This document shows positions 1-9,603 of a stretch of DNA of 64,000 bases, piece by piece. The stretch's first letter is position 1; each line of letters opens with the position of its first letter. Below the pieces are notes generated by a model. It saw only the letters and a program-made list of their open reading frames with translations. It searched no databases and was not told the origin of the DNA. Where the stretch lies: the IMG/VR virus record IMGVR_UViG_2890901082_000001, positions 1 through 64,000 of that record; one strand, 5' to 3'. Position numbers and translations under genes: made by a program. Source of the DNA: a virus.

Positions 1-50
1 AAAAAAAAAGCTGCACCCGTAAGTACAGCCCTTATATGAAGCGTTATGCG

Positions 51-260
51 TTATTTCAAAGACTCTGAATGACCAAAGCACGAAGTACCGTGAATCGGAC
101 AGGAATCCATAAGCTTTAAGCGGTATGGGGTTGGAGTCGAAGTTGGGGAAGTTTCGAAATTTACCTCCTCATAAATTGGGGTAATTTTCTCTTCTTGTCT
201 GTTATTTTCACACGCGCAAAGTAGGGTGATCGCAATAGTCACCGAGATAAGTTTTTTCAC
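51..260 (-). CDS. small putative lipoprotein/secreted protein (69 aa)
   Basis: ORF track. N-terminus MKKLISVTIAITLLCAC looks like a signal peptide ending in Cys. GTG start. Motif copy 33 nt upstream. Confidence 0.4.
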   Translation of the reverse strand: MKKLISVTIAITLLCACENNRQEEKITPIYEEVNFETSPTSTPTPYRLKLMDSCPIHGTSCFGHSESLK

Positions 261-293
261 TGTTTAGTGTAGTTTTAAATAGTAGTACTTTAA

Positions 294-304
294 AATATTT
301 GTGT
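294..304 (-). promoter_or_regulatory. conserved upstream motif copy (sense ACACAAATATT), 33 nt before start 260
   Basis: aatatttgtgt on the + strand. Confidence 0.45.
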
Positions 305-336
305 AATACAAAGATACAAATATTAGACCTACTACC

Positions 337-984
337 CTAACCATTGTCATCAACATACGATAAATATTCTTCAGCGAAGTTGATTAACTCCTTATATGTG
401 AATTGTTTGTGATTTTCATCGAGTACTGTAAAACTAAAAAAGCTCCTGAAGAAGTTCTCAGCAGTAACCTTTTCGTCAACTAGATTTGTGGAAAACTCCG
501 CATCCTCTAGTCTGGGTGCTTTAATTAAGTCCCAAGCTTCAGTCAGTTCTTTAGTTTCTATAGACCCTTCTAATATCGATTGCTGTAGATCCTCTACTAC
601 TGCATCATCTTTTGAATGTTTTTTTATTTTAGAGAACGATTCTAACTGTGTTGGTGTAGCTACAGTTCTTAAAATATCTTGTGGGTTATCCGACTCTAGT
701 ATATCAAGAAAAGTATTTGTGGCTTTAAATATACGCCAAATGTAGGATTGGGCGATTTCGGTTACATGTGATAGATAAATCACAAATTGAGTAAAGCTAC
801 TAAACCTAGACCCTTCCTCCAGATATAATTTATCCCGCTTCACTATGTACATCATCTCTCCAATTTTTTTCCACGAAGCTTTATCTTTTTTGAGCATAGA
901 GATGATTTGATTTTCTAGGGGTTTTAATCTAGACATATTTAGTAAGGTTATTTTGGTAGTAAAAAGTAGAGTGACCTCGTTCAA
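337..984 (-). CDS. hypothetical protein (215 aa)
   Basis: Long ORF on the dominant strand. No motif recognised. Confidence 0.5.
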   Translation of the reverse strand: MNEVTLLFTTKITLLNMSRLKPLENQIISMLKKDKASWKKIGEMMYIVKRDKLYLEEGSRFSSFTQFVIYLSHVTEIAQSYIWRIFKATNTFLDILESDNPQDILRTVATPTQLESFSKIKKHSKDDAVVEDLQQSILEGSIETKELTEAWDLIKAPRLEDAEFSTNLVDEKVTAENFFRSFFSFTVLDENHKQFTYKELINFAEEYLSYVDDNG

Positions 985-1009
985 TTCATCGATAAGTGGT
1001 ACATAAAGA

Positions 1010-1028
1010 TCACTCTACTTTGTGGAGT
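1010..1028 (+). repeat. 19-nt element TCACTCTACTTTGTGGAGT, an exact inverted copy of 46366-46384
   Basis: Exact match read from the sequence. Also complementary to 964-975 inside the start of CDS 337..984. Confidence 0.6.
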
Positions 1029-1050
1029 ACCCAAGGTACAAAAAAAAGCA

Positions 1051-1539
1051 TTAAGCTGCTACATTTGAAAACTTATTTACCTCCAAGGAACTCGTAAACG
1101 GCTTTATTTTACCCTCTACATAACTTGCTCCAAAGTAAAAGCCAAGGATCAACATAAAAGCTCCCCACATCGCAGCAACAGTTTGCGTTACGAAGCTCTC
1201 CTTCCCTGCAGGAATGTCTACAAAGATTAAAATATAAGTCACGAAAAAGACATTGAATCCAACAAGCAAAGCAAGGTATGCTGCAATATTCTTTGTCAAC
1301 TTCGTTGCTTTATCGGCTTGGTTGATCAGTTCAGTCATTCTTCGTGCTGAATCTCTATCTTGAACTTCATACGAAACAATTTCTGACTCCTGCTCTTTGA
1401 GGGCAATTGCTATCTGTGCTTCTAGCTGTTCTCTATTAAAAGCATCCTGAGCTTTTTCGGCTTTTGTATAAACAAAGGTATCAGCTCCCTTGACTAATGT
1501 CTCAGCAATACCTTTAATCACGTTTAAACCAATAGGCAT
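1051..1539 (-). CDS. membrane protein, N-terminal coiled coil plus two C-terminal TM helices (possible lysis/holin-like role)
   Basis: Hydrophobic stretches IAAYLALLVGFNVFFVTYILIFV and VAAMWGAFMLILGFYFG. The functional guess is positional only. Confidence 0.4.
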   Translation of the reverse strand: MPIGLNVIKGIAETLVKGADTFVYTKAEKAQDAFNREQLEAQIAIALKEQESEIVSYEVQDRDSARRMTELINQADKATKLTKNIAAYLALLVGFNVFFVTYILIFVDIPAGKESFVTQTVAAMWGAFMLILGFYFGASYVEGKIKPFTSSLEVNKFSNVAA

Positions 1540-1603
1540 TTTGACTATAGTTTAAATTAAATATTAGCATAGTAATCTATGCGAGTTTGAGTAGTATTCT
1601 ACT

Positions 1604-1951
1604 TTACGAACTAACTAGGTTTACAAAAGGCATAACCTCTGAAAGTTCAACTCCTTTTTTCATTGCTAGCATCACTACTTCATCTTTAAGCCTACGAAAT
1701 TTTGAAGTAGGTTTTCTATGAGCGATAAAGTCAGTGATTGTTGCTTTTTTAGACTCAAGTTTACCCAAAACATGTACAGCTCCTTCCTGAATTATTAAGG
1801 TGTTGGCTGGAGGAAGTTCAATAAACTCCCCTACTGTTTCTCTTAAAATGAAGTTTCTATTGAATACAGAAATATTCGCAGGGACGTTCAGTTTTGGAAC
1901 ATACACCTCAAGTTCATATTCTGATTCTCTATAAATAGATTTTAGGTACAT
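1604..1951 (-). CDS. hypothetical protein (115 aa)
   Basis: ORF track. Separated by only 2 nt from the upstream fibre-like gene. Confidence 0.45.
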   Translation of the reverse strand: MYLKSIYRESEYELEVYVPKLNVPANISVFNRNFILRETVGEFIELPPANTLIIQEGAVHVLGKLESKKATITDFIAHRKPTSKFRRLKDEVVMLAMKKGVELSEVMPFVNLVSS

Positions 1952-1953
1952 GG

Positions 1954-3474
1954 TTATACGATTAAAATAGTTTCTACGTAAATGTATTTAGTCGGGACTA
2001 CATTCAGCCTCGAATATATTGTATTTTTATATCTGTAAAGTGCGTTGTGGTGATTTGATACTAAAGGGGCGCCATCTACTTCCAAGGTTGTGCTATACGA
2101 TCCTGAAGAGTCGCCAACACTAGTACCTGGTAAGACTACTTTTCCAAGAACATCTGAGCTACCCCCAGGTATTTTGAATAAAGCTTCTCCTGCAACAAGT
2201 GGTTGTAAAAAATTTCCCGATACTTTGATTCTACCTCTAAGTAAAATAAAGATGCCATACTTTCTATACTTCAGTCCTGTTAGGTCTACTGTCGCATTCG
2301 AAAGAACTGCACTATTGGAGAAGGATGTCCAATTTGAATCAACAATTTTATTGTTTGCAATAGCTGACCATACTCCTGATGCAGTCGCTAAATCTGTACT
2401 TCTACTTGAAGATCCAATGTAACTTGATGGTGAATATCCAGAGTTTTTAGGATTGCCCGAAGCATCTGTTCCCATAAAGCTCCAATTTTTTCCAATAGCA
2501 GACTTGTTAAGCTTATTGGAATTTAATGAATTGTATACCTCGTCTATCTTTTCTGAGACAAGTCTTGAAGTAGGTATTCTTGTAGAGTTTGTAGAAAGGG
2601 ATCCTGTATGAGAAATAGAAAAATCTGTAGCAACAACTTTTCCTGCTACTGAAGTGACTAGCTTGCCTCCCGCGTCTGGTATATCCGACTTTTTTACAGA
2701 AGTTTCTTCCAAAGAATTGATATGCTCGGTTAGTGTTTCCGCATACCTTTCAAGAGAAGAAACTCGATCTACTGCAGAACCTATAGCACTGTCTTGGGAA
2801 GTATTCTTATCTTCTGCGGTCTTCAGCCTATCACTTAAGGAGCTAGAGATGTCTGTGAGGTCTGAGATGTTCAACTCATTCGTTTTTACGCGATTTTCAA
2901 TAGAGGAAACCTCGCTGTTGACTGAACTTAAATTTGTGTGCAGGTCATTCACCTTAGCAAACAGGGAAAGTTCCTCCAATGAGTGAAAGCATGGTTTTCG
3001 GTCCTTAATAAGATATGTTCCAAATGCACCTGAAGGAAGTTCCCCTACTCCAACGGTTACACTAGTAGCTACATCTACTTCACAAGTTTTTTTATAACCT
3101 ACGTCTGGAAGATTAACTCCTGTAAGTTCCCTTGGATCCGCTACATTTTTATATGCTTCAGATTCAAAGTTAAATCGGGTAACTTCTAAACTGATATACA
3201 CATCATCAGACCCTACACTTATGTTCGAGTCTTCAGCAAGAGCGATATAAACACCTTGAACCCAAAGTTTAGCTGAGTTAAAAGAAAGCTCTCCATTATT
3301 ATAAACAATGGATCCTTCAGAAACCAAAATGCCAAGACCCTTATAATAATCATATAGTGGAGTCTTTATATTTTCGATCTCTCTATTAAGATCTTCTGCT
3401 AAGAAAATGTGAGGATGGGCTTGAAATACTGTACGTATTACCTGATCTGTTTTTGTATATGCTTTTGCTGACAT
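1954..3474 (-). CDS. tail fibre-like structural protein (506 aa)
   Basis: Central Ser/Thr-rich heptad-like region (NLSSVNSEVSSIENRVKTNELNISDLTDISSSLSDRLKTAEDK). Lies at the distal end of the tail module. Confidence 0.45.
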   Translation of the reverse strand: MSAKAYTKTDQVIRTVFQAHPHIFLAEDLNREIENIKTPLYDYYKGLGILVSEGSIVYNNGELSFNSAKLWVQGVYIALAEDSNISVGSDDVYISLEVTRFNFESEAYKNVADPRELTGVNLPDVGYKKTCEVDVATSVTVGVGELPSGAFGTYLIKDRKPCFHSLEELSLFAKVNDLHTNLSSVNSEVSSIENRVKTNELNISDLTDISSSLSDRLKTAEDKNTSQDSAIGSAVDRVSSLERYAETLTEHINSLEETSVKKSDIPDAGGKLVTSVAGKVVATDFSISHTGSLSTNSTRIPTSRLVSEKIDEVYNSLNSNKLNKSAIGKNWSFMGTDASGNPKNSGYSPSSYIGSSSRSTDLATASGVWSAIANNKIVDSNWTSFSNSAVLSNATVDLTGLKYRKYGIFILLRGRIKVSGNFLQPLVAGEALFKIPGGSSDVLGKVVLPGTSVGDSSGSYSTTLEVDGAPLVSNHHNALYRYKNTIYSRLNVVPTKYIYVETILIV

Positions 3475-3519
3475 AGTTTACCAATTTTTTTGTAAAGTAA
3501 AATTCGTAATAATTGAGAG

Positions 3520-3558
3520 GTGTATCAACAAAGTGTCCCGTTACGTCACAAGATACAC
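3520..3558. promoter_or_regulatory. 7-bp inverted repeat GTGTATC (3520-3526) / GATACAC (3552-3558) upstream of parA
   Basis: Read directly from the sequence. Candidate operator. Confidence 0.3.
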
Positions 3559-3563
3559 TATTT

Positions 3564-3583
3564 ATATACTTTTTTAAGTATAT
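3564..3583. promoter_or_regulatory. perfect 8-bp inverted repeat ATATACTT-tttt-AAGTATAT, 20 nt upstream of the parA ATG (candidate operator)
   Basis: Read directly from the sequence. Type Ia ParA proteins with an N-terminal HTH autoregulate through operators of this kind. Confidence 0.35.
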
Positions 3584-3603
3584 TGCTACAAAAAAGTAAA
3601 GGT

Positions 3604-4458
3604 ATGAGTACTAAACATGTAATAGAAAGAATAAAAATAGCTCGTAAAATAAATAAACTTACGCAGAAGCAGATGGCTGAAAAGCTTGGCGTATCAGATA
3701 CTACCTACAAGAAGATCGAGCTGGGGCAACAGAACATTGAAATATCAAGACTTACGAAAATTGCAGATATATTAAACCTAGATTTAACCGAATTATTTGC
3801 TGAAGTCCCTTCTAAAGTAATCACTTTTGTAAACCAAAAAGGTGGTACAGGAAAATCAACTCTAAGTGTGATTACTGCAACAAACCTTAAGGAAAGGCAT
3901 CCTGAAAAACGTATTGCAATCTTAGACTTAGACTTTCAGAGTAGTTCTGAATTTGTTCATAAGATTTCCGAAAATCCCCTGGTAGAGGTTTTTAGAGTAG
4001 ACATTCACGAATCAACCTCTCCTGTCGTTGACTTCTTAAATACATTAAAGAAAGTAAAGAAGGAATGTGAGTACGTGATTATAGATACAGCAGGATCCGT
4101 TGTATTAGCTCAGTTCATCTCAGCGGTACTTTCAGAAACCAATCTAGCAGTCGTTCCTCTTGAGCTGACAGACTTAACCGTTCATGGCACACTGCCAACA
4201 ATCACTCTGATTGAAGATGCAGCTAGTAGAAGAAAAGAGCAGAGTAAGACTTTCAAAGCACTTGCTGTAGCTAATAAAATGAAAGCTAATGTAAGTGAGT
4301 TGAAATACCGTAAAGATTTAAAGCTTGGCGACCATATCGAGATGATGGATGCTTATTTAACATCTAAAGTAACTTATGGTAGAGATCTATCATTAGATCG
4401 AGCATTGACAAATAAGGAAGTGGAGGCATTTATAAACGAAATTGAGAGTTGGGTATGA
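3604..4458 (+). CDS. parA: ParA-family partition ATPase with N-terminal XRE-type HTH domain
   Basis: HTH segment LTQKQMAEKLGVSDTTYKKIELGQQ. Deviant Walker A KGGTGKST in VITFVNQKGGTGKSTLS. ATG at 3604 preferred over the GTG at 3520. Confidence 0.8.
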   Translation: MSTKHVIERIKIARKINKLTQKQMAEKLGVSDTTYKKIELGQQNIEISRLTKIADILNLDLTELFAEVPSKVITFVNQKGGTGKSTLSVITATNLKERHPEKRIAILDLDFQSSSEFVHKISENPLVEVFRVDIHESTSPVVDFLNTLKKVKKECEYVIIDTAGSVVLAQFISAVLSETNLAVVPLELTDLTVHGTLPTITLIEDAASRRKEQSKTFKALAVANKMKANVSELKYRKDLKLGDHIEMMDAYLTSKVTYGRDLSLDRALTNKEVEAFINEIESWV

Positions 4459-5327
4459 AATCTTTAGGAAGATTAGATCGATTAAATAAGATAAAGGAAG
4501 ATAGCTACGAGGAAAGTAGTGAGAAAATAAATGCACAGAAAGAGTTAAATAAACAAGAAGAAGAACTCATGTTAGTGCTTGGGGGAGCTTTCCCTCTGAA
4601 CGTTGAGAAGATAACAATATCTACAGAACTAGAGAAGTACATAAGGCAGCAGAATGAGCTTGAATACATGGATTTTTTCGACTCTGTAAAGGTAGAGGGA
4701 GTTAGGGATCCAATTGTAATTTTCGAGGATCCTGAGTCTGGTGAAACTATCCTTGTTGACGGACATCATAGAGTAAAAGCAGCGAAAGAATTAAACATAA
4801 AATCACTGCTTGCAAAGAAGCTAAATGTAGGGTCATTTTCGGAGGTAAAACTATGGATGCTCAAGAACCAATTAGGTAGAAGAAACCTCACAGATGGGGA
4901 AAGAATTTTCTACGGATTAGAGGTAACTAAGAGTATTGCAGAATTAGCCAAAAAAAAGAAGAAAACCGCGTTTTTGGATACGTCAGTCGTAAGTGCAAAT
5001 TTGCACTTATCGAGAGAAAAGAAAATTGACAGGATGCAAGTAGCAGCAAATTATGCTAATGTTTCAAGAAGACAGACCTTCAAATTCACAAAAATTCTCA
5101 ACTCTGGAAAGGCCGATTTAATTAAGAAAGTAATGGGTGGAAAAGTGTCCATTCACAAGGCGTATTTGGAGGTGACAGAAGAGAATAAAGAGAAGAAAAA
5201 ACCTACAAAAAAAGGACATGAAGAGTTAGATAAAATCACAGAGAAAATATATAACTCAATCAAGCCCTTTTTAAAATCTCATGATCCTAACGAGGTGCTA
5301 GAAAGAATAAAAGATTCTATTGCATAA
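4455..5327 (+). CDS. parB: ParB-like nuclease/partition domain protein
   Basis: ParB N-terminal domain signature DPIVIFEDPESGETILVDGHHRVKAA. ATGA overlap with the parA stop. Confidence 0.7.
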   Translation: MKSLGRLDRLNKIKEDSYEESSEKINAQKELNKQEEELMLVLGGAFPLNVEKITISTELEKYIRQQNELEYMDFFDSVKVEGVRDPIVIFEDPESGETILVDGHHRVKAAKELNIKSLLAKKLNVGSFSEVKLWMLKNQLGRRNLTDGERIFYGLEVTKSIAELAKKKKKTAFLDTSVVSANLHLSREKKIDRMQVAANYANVSRRQTFKFTKILNSGKADLIKKVMGGKVSIHKAYLEVTEENKEKKKPTKKGHEELDKITEKIYNSIKPFLKSHDPNEVLERIKDSIA

Positions 5328-6171
5328 AGTAAGAGCAGCATTGCTCAATACCCTCCTCTCTATAAGAATCCCATAAACTTTTTTTATCTGGGAAATCCTG
5401 AAGTAAACGACTATAAAGTAAGTCTACTAAATCTAGAGCTTGCTTGTAGTCGTTTTCTATTATTCTCTTTAACCCCCAAATGTGAGTTACTGAAGTCTGT
5501 CTGCTTTCTCTAAGCATATTTTCTAAAAACATTTCTTTTGGTCTACCCAATTCTGTAAATGTTTCGTACATGATGCCTTGCTCCGCGTAACACATTTCAA
5601 TAATCTTAAATGGGTCTATTGGATTCTTCCCCTTCCAAGAACGATCTCCATAAAAGGGCTTTTTCATATAGGCTATAGATCTTGCGATATATTCTTTTAA
5701 ATGCTCTTCATCCCAAAACGTAATGAAAGCTGCATTACATCCAATGCCTGCGTTAGCTCCTGTATACACTCCGTTATCTGCGTGTACATAGGTAAGATTA
5801 ATTTTGTTGGTAGCTGATCTTTTAAACTTTTCGGGGTACTTGTCCCAAAAAATAAAATCAGCATCTATGAAGCTATCACCTTTAGAAGCTTTCTTATAAG
5901 CAAACAACTTACCGCAAGCCCAAAAAGTATTAGTGTCAATGTCTTTTGAATTTTCTTTGAAGTCCTCATACCAAGTTGTATCTATTTCGTCAAAGAGTTC
6001 CTGATCAAATTTTGAGGGGTCGTCAGTATGTAATACTACTCTACCGTTCTTCTTTCTCCAAGTTTGGGAAGAAAGAGCCAGACATAGTTTACCCCAAACT
6101 TTCCAATGCGGAAATTTTTTTCCAATGCCTCCTGCACAGACATCTCCATAAATTGTATATCTCCCTGTCAT
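5317..6171 (-). CDS. hypothetical protein (284 aa)
   Basis: Long ORF convergent with parB (11-nt overlap). No family recognised. Confidence 0.5.
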   Translation of the reverse strand: MTGRYTIYGDVCAGGIGKKFPHWKVWGKLCLALSSQTWRKKNGRVVLHTDDPSKFDQELFDEIDTTWYEDFKENSKDIDTNTFWACGKLFAYKKASKGDSFIDADFIFWDKYPEKFKRSATNKINLTYVHADNGVYTGANAGIGCNAAFITFWDEEHLKEYIARSIAYMKKPFYGDRSWKGKNPIDPFKIIEMCYAEQGIMYETFTELGRPKEMFLENMLRESRQTSVTHIWGLKRIIENDYKQALDLVDLLYSRLLQDFPDKKSLWDSYREEGIEQCCSYFMQ

Positions 6172-6173
6172 AC

Positions 6174-6473
6174 TTAGATTAAATCGATTCCATAGACAAT
6201 TGTATCATGCTCAAATATTTTAGGTACGGTGTATTCTTGAAATACCTGAAGTTTGTCCCCTTTGATGCATGCGAAACCTTTTGCTTCTTTAAAAATTTTG
6301 TAGTTAGCGATAAAGGCAATTTTTGTCGGAGAAAGTTGGAGTAGTTTTACATGTTTGTTTCCTCCGGCTACTGACTTTACGGGTTTTGGTAGATCTAACT
6401 CAAAGTAGTTAGTATAGTGAGGTAGATTTGGTAACTGTATTTTAATCATAGTATGAAAAATGCTAACCCCCAA
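6174..6473 (-). CDS. hypothetical protein (99 aa)
   Basis: ORF track. 2-nt gap to the downstream gene. Confidence 0.4.
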   Translation of the reverse strand: MGVSIFHTMIKIQLPNLPHYTNYFELDLPKPVKSVAGGNKHVKLLQLSPTKIAFIANYKIFKEAKGFACIKGDKLQVFQEYTVPKIFEHDTIVYGIDLI

Positions 6474-6508
6474 AAGAGAGGGTTAGCAATTAGTTATTTA
6501 AGATTACC

Positions 6509-8773
6509 TTATGATGTAGGAATCCAAACTTTGTTCGGATTTCTTGAAGAGTACTCTGTAGTAGAGTATTTCACATCAACTGAATAATGCTTGATCTCGT
6601 TTACAGGTTCAATCCTGTGTGTCTCTGCGACAGGCAAGTTATTCATTACTGAATTGTTGAAGTTAAACGCACCATTCAATTGAATGTCGAACGTTTTAAC
6701 CATACCAACATCTCTAAGAGGAAGGTCGCTACTTCTATAGTTAACACCATAGGTAACTTTTACTTCCATAGCAAAGAATCTGAACGCACCCGAATGGTAA
6801 CCCGTAGAACTTGCTTTGAACATATTAGGTACTTTACCCAAAGTCTCAATCAGCTTGTGACTCGGAACTTGAGAGGCTAACATGTAATCATCTTTGAACT
6901 TTTCTAGTCCTTCGAATTTTACAGGAGTACCTAAATTCTGATAGCCACTAGTTGCTGTCATTGCTTTTAATTGCAACTCTATTTTGATAGGTCTAGTATA
7001 GACATATCTAATGTCAGGAACTTGGGTTGAAGGCCAAATCCCTAACATCTTCGCTAGAGCCTCTGTTCTAAAGCTGTTCGAATCATGATCAGAATACATA
7101 TGAACTAAGTTCACTAAGGCTTCTTTTGAACCACCAATCGAGAATCTTGGTTCCGTAATACCTGCTCCACCAATCTGATTAGTGTTTTTAGTACGACCCA
7201 TCAATTGAATGTAGACATGGCTGGCTCCAATGATAGAGTACGCAGTTAATGTTTTTGTATATTCAATAACTACTTTTGTACCGTTTCTAGTAGAAGAAGT
7301 GAAAGCAATAAAAAGCTCGTACTCCCCTGATCCAGAAACACCCGATTTTTGGAATTCAGCAAAGAAGAATGACCAAGCAGAATATGCCTGAATGTTTCTT
7401 GATGTTGCTTCTCCATTACCTGCATTCTCAACAAGAACTTTATCCCCACTGATATGCTTAAGGTATACTGTGATGTCTTTATCAAGTGCCGCCTGCTTCA
7501 TTCCGAAAGGATCCATCGATGCACTTGGTAAAGGAATTTCTAATGAAACTCGATCTAAACCATTTGATGAATGGAAAGATCCATTGTAGCCCGAAATAAG
7601 TACATCTTGAGGAGTTTCAGTACCCACGATTTCAAATGAAGTCTGAACCGTATTAAATGTGAAATACTCGTTAAGACCATCAAAATCTTGTTGGTATAAT
7701 CTAAGATAGATCTTACCTGCAGGAATGCTTTCTCTTGGCTCCAACTCAACACTATAATGTTTAGTGACATTTGAGTTACCCGCAGCATTAACCTTATTCG
7801 CAGGATTCCAATTTTTTTGATCTAACGACCACTCTACCTGAAAAAAGTCTGCGTTGATTTCTGTAGACGTACTCCACTTCAGCAACACATGGTCAGTCAT
7901 GACATATGCATTAATTGACGAAAGAGTTACAGGAAGATCCGCAGGAACCGAGAAAAGGAATTCCTCATGCGTTGTAGACGTAGCACCCGAAGTATCTGCG
8001 GGATCAACAATCGTCCACTTAAAGTACATGTTCCAAGTCTCGCTAACAGGTTTAGATACAGATTTTACGATGTTCCAAGCATTTTCAAAATCGCACTCAG
8101 TATCCGAAGTTGGGTTTACATCTCCGGTAGCTACCACATCACCCGACTCATTTCTGTATTCAAAAATCAAGTTAGGTTTTAATAGGTTTGCAGCAGAATT
8201 CGCAGAAGCTTCAGAAGAAACACTGCCAAATTCATCCTGTCCATAGTCAATTGTAGGCGCCCCTTCTGATGCTGTATCCGAGTAGAACGTAGCACGGAAT
8301 GAAGTTCTAAAAGCGGGGTTGGATTCCTGTTGGTAATACGGAGTATATACGAAGTGTCCCTCTAACGCAACTCCGTCACCTGAGAATGCAGCATCGACTA
8401 AATCTTCATCGAATCTAACTGTAAGCTTAGACTGACCTTCATTTGACTCTACTACACCATCAATGACTAAGCCTTCTACGCCAAGCCATGCGACAGTTTG
8501 TTTATTGGCATTGTAGTAGTCTGCATCCATACCTGATTGTAAACCATCAGTGACAAAATAGACTTTACCAAAAACGGAAATTGGGGCAAGGTTTGTCCCT
8601 TGTAATGTGACACTCGTACCCTTCATGAAGCTCACGCTTGTACCTGCGTGAAACGAAGGATATGCACCTAAGTCATCTCCTTGCTCAATGAAATCTCTAA
8701 GTGAATCTGGGGTAGAGGCATTTAGCTCTGAACCCGAAGTAATCGTTCTAAGAACGGGAATAATAGTAGACAT
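6509..8773 (-). CDS. large virion structural protein, probable receptor-binding/fibre component (754 aa)
   Basis: Size, beta-rich composition and position after the fibre paralogs. An FN3-like stretch (HVLLKWSTSTEINADFFQVEWSLDQKNWNP). Confidence 0.45.
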   Translation of the reverse strand: MSTIIPVLRTITSGSELNASTPDSLRDFIEQGDDLGAYPSFHAGTSVSFMKGTSVTLQGTNLAPISVFGKVYFVTDGLQSGMDADYYNANKQTVAWLGVEGLVIDGVVESNEGQSKLTVRFDEDLVDAAFSGDGVALEGHFVYTPYYQQESNPAFRTSFRATFYSDTASEGAPTIDYGQDEFGSVSSEASANSAANLLKPNLIFEYRNESGDVVATGDVNPTSDTECDFENAWNIVKSVSKPVSETWNMYFKWTIVDPADTSGATSTTHEEFLFSVPADLPVTLSSINAYVMTDHVLLKWSTSTEINADFFQVEWSLDQKNWNPANKVNAAGNSNVTKHYSVELEPRESIPAGKIYLRLYQQDFDGLNEYFTFNTVQTSFEIVGTETPQDVLISGYNGSFHSSNGLDRVSLEIPLPSASMDPFGMKQAALDKDITVYLKHISGDKVLVENAGNGEATSRNIQAYSAWSFFFAEFQKSGVSGSGEYELFIAFTSSTRNGTKVVIEYTKTLTAYSIIGASHVYIQLMGRTKNTNQIGGAGITEPRFSIGGSKEALVNLVHMYSDHDSNSFRTEALAKMLGIWPSTQVPDIRYVYTRPIKIELQLKAMTATSGYQNLGTPVKFEGLEKFKDDYMLASQVPSHKLIETLGKVPNMFKASSTGYHSGAFRFFAMEVKVTYGVNYRSSDLPLRDVGMVKTFDIQLNGAFNFNNSVMNNLPVAETHRIEPVNEIKHYSVDVKYSTTEYSSRNPNKVWIPTS

Positions 8774-8790
8774 GTTTGTTTTTGAAAGTA

Positions 8791-9603
8791 TTAAATACTT
8801 AACGCTGTTTTAATGTTCGTTGCCTGTGAAGCATTAAGAACTCCTTCACTCTCTAGAGTATTTACTAAAGAAAGGAAGTCATCTTTTACGAATTTTTTAT
8901 TGACAAGGGAAAGATCTGTGTACTGTGCTGAGTAGTCAGCATCGTATTCTAATCCCTTATTGTTCTGTGCATCTCTAACACGCATAGCAGTTGCGGAAAT
9001 CTCTATGTATTTTGGATCTCCAGAGGCTACTTCTTTGATACCAACATATGCAGTACCCGCACCCCCTGTAATGATGCCTTCGTTTACTCCGTCAGTGGCA
9101 CTTAGCGTAGCACCATTAAACGCATTGGCAATGATCTTTGCAGAGTATCCTAAAAGAAAGCTATCTGTAATTTCAAAACCATAGTCAGAAGAGCCGTCAT
9201 GCTGTGTAGTAAAGTACCCCGAAAACGCTTCCGTAATAAAACCCGCATCATTGGTAAGCTCTGATGTAGATGAAGGAATTGAAGGTTTATCAGTCAAGTC
9301 ATTATAGCTTGAGATACCTGGAGTATCTTTACCTACTTCAGTCCAATTTTCTGTGTTAGTCCACGAATCGTCTGAAAGGTCTGTACCTTCATATCTAAAA
9401 GTTGTGTAGGTATTGTCCGCATTTTTTACCGAAATCAAAACGCCATATCCTCTTTTTTGTAAGGGTATGTTATCTCTCTCAGTAGTACTAAATACAGACT
9501 TGTATCCTCCTTGCACATCCTCCGAACTAATAATTGGATAATCGCTATTTGCGTGTACAAGTTTTTCGGGAAATGGTAATCCACTCATCTTATTCAAACT
9601 CAA
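8791..9603 (-). CDS. tail fibre paralog A (270 aa)
   Basis: N-terminal ~80 aa is homologous to the N-terminus of 9590..10726 (PFPEKLVHANSDYPIISSEDV vs SFPDQLVHSNDNYPIVDSKSV; ERDNIP vs ERDLIP). Confidence 0.5.
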   Translation of the reverse strand: MSLNKMSGLPFPEKLVHANSDYPIISSEDVQGGYKSVFSTTERDNIPLQKRGYGVLISVKNADNTYTTFRYEGTDLSDDSWTNTENWTEVGKDTPGISSYNDLTDKPSIPSSTSELTNDAGFITEAFSGYFTTQHDGSSDYGFEITDSFLLGYSAKIIANAFNGATLSATDGVNEGIITGGAGTAYVGIKEVASGDPKYIEISATAMRVRDAQNNKGLEYDADYSAQYTDLSLVNKKFVKDDFLSLVNTLESEGVLNASQATNIKTALSI

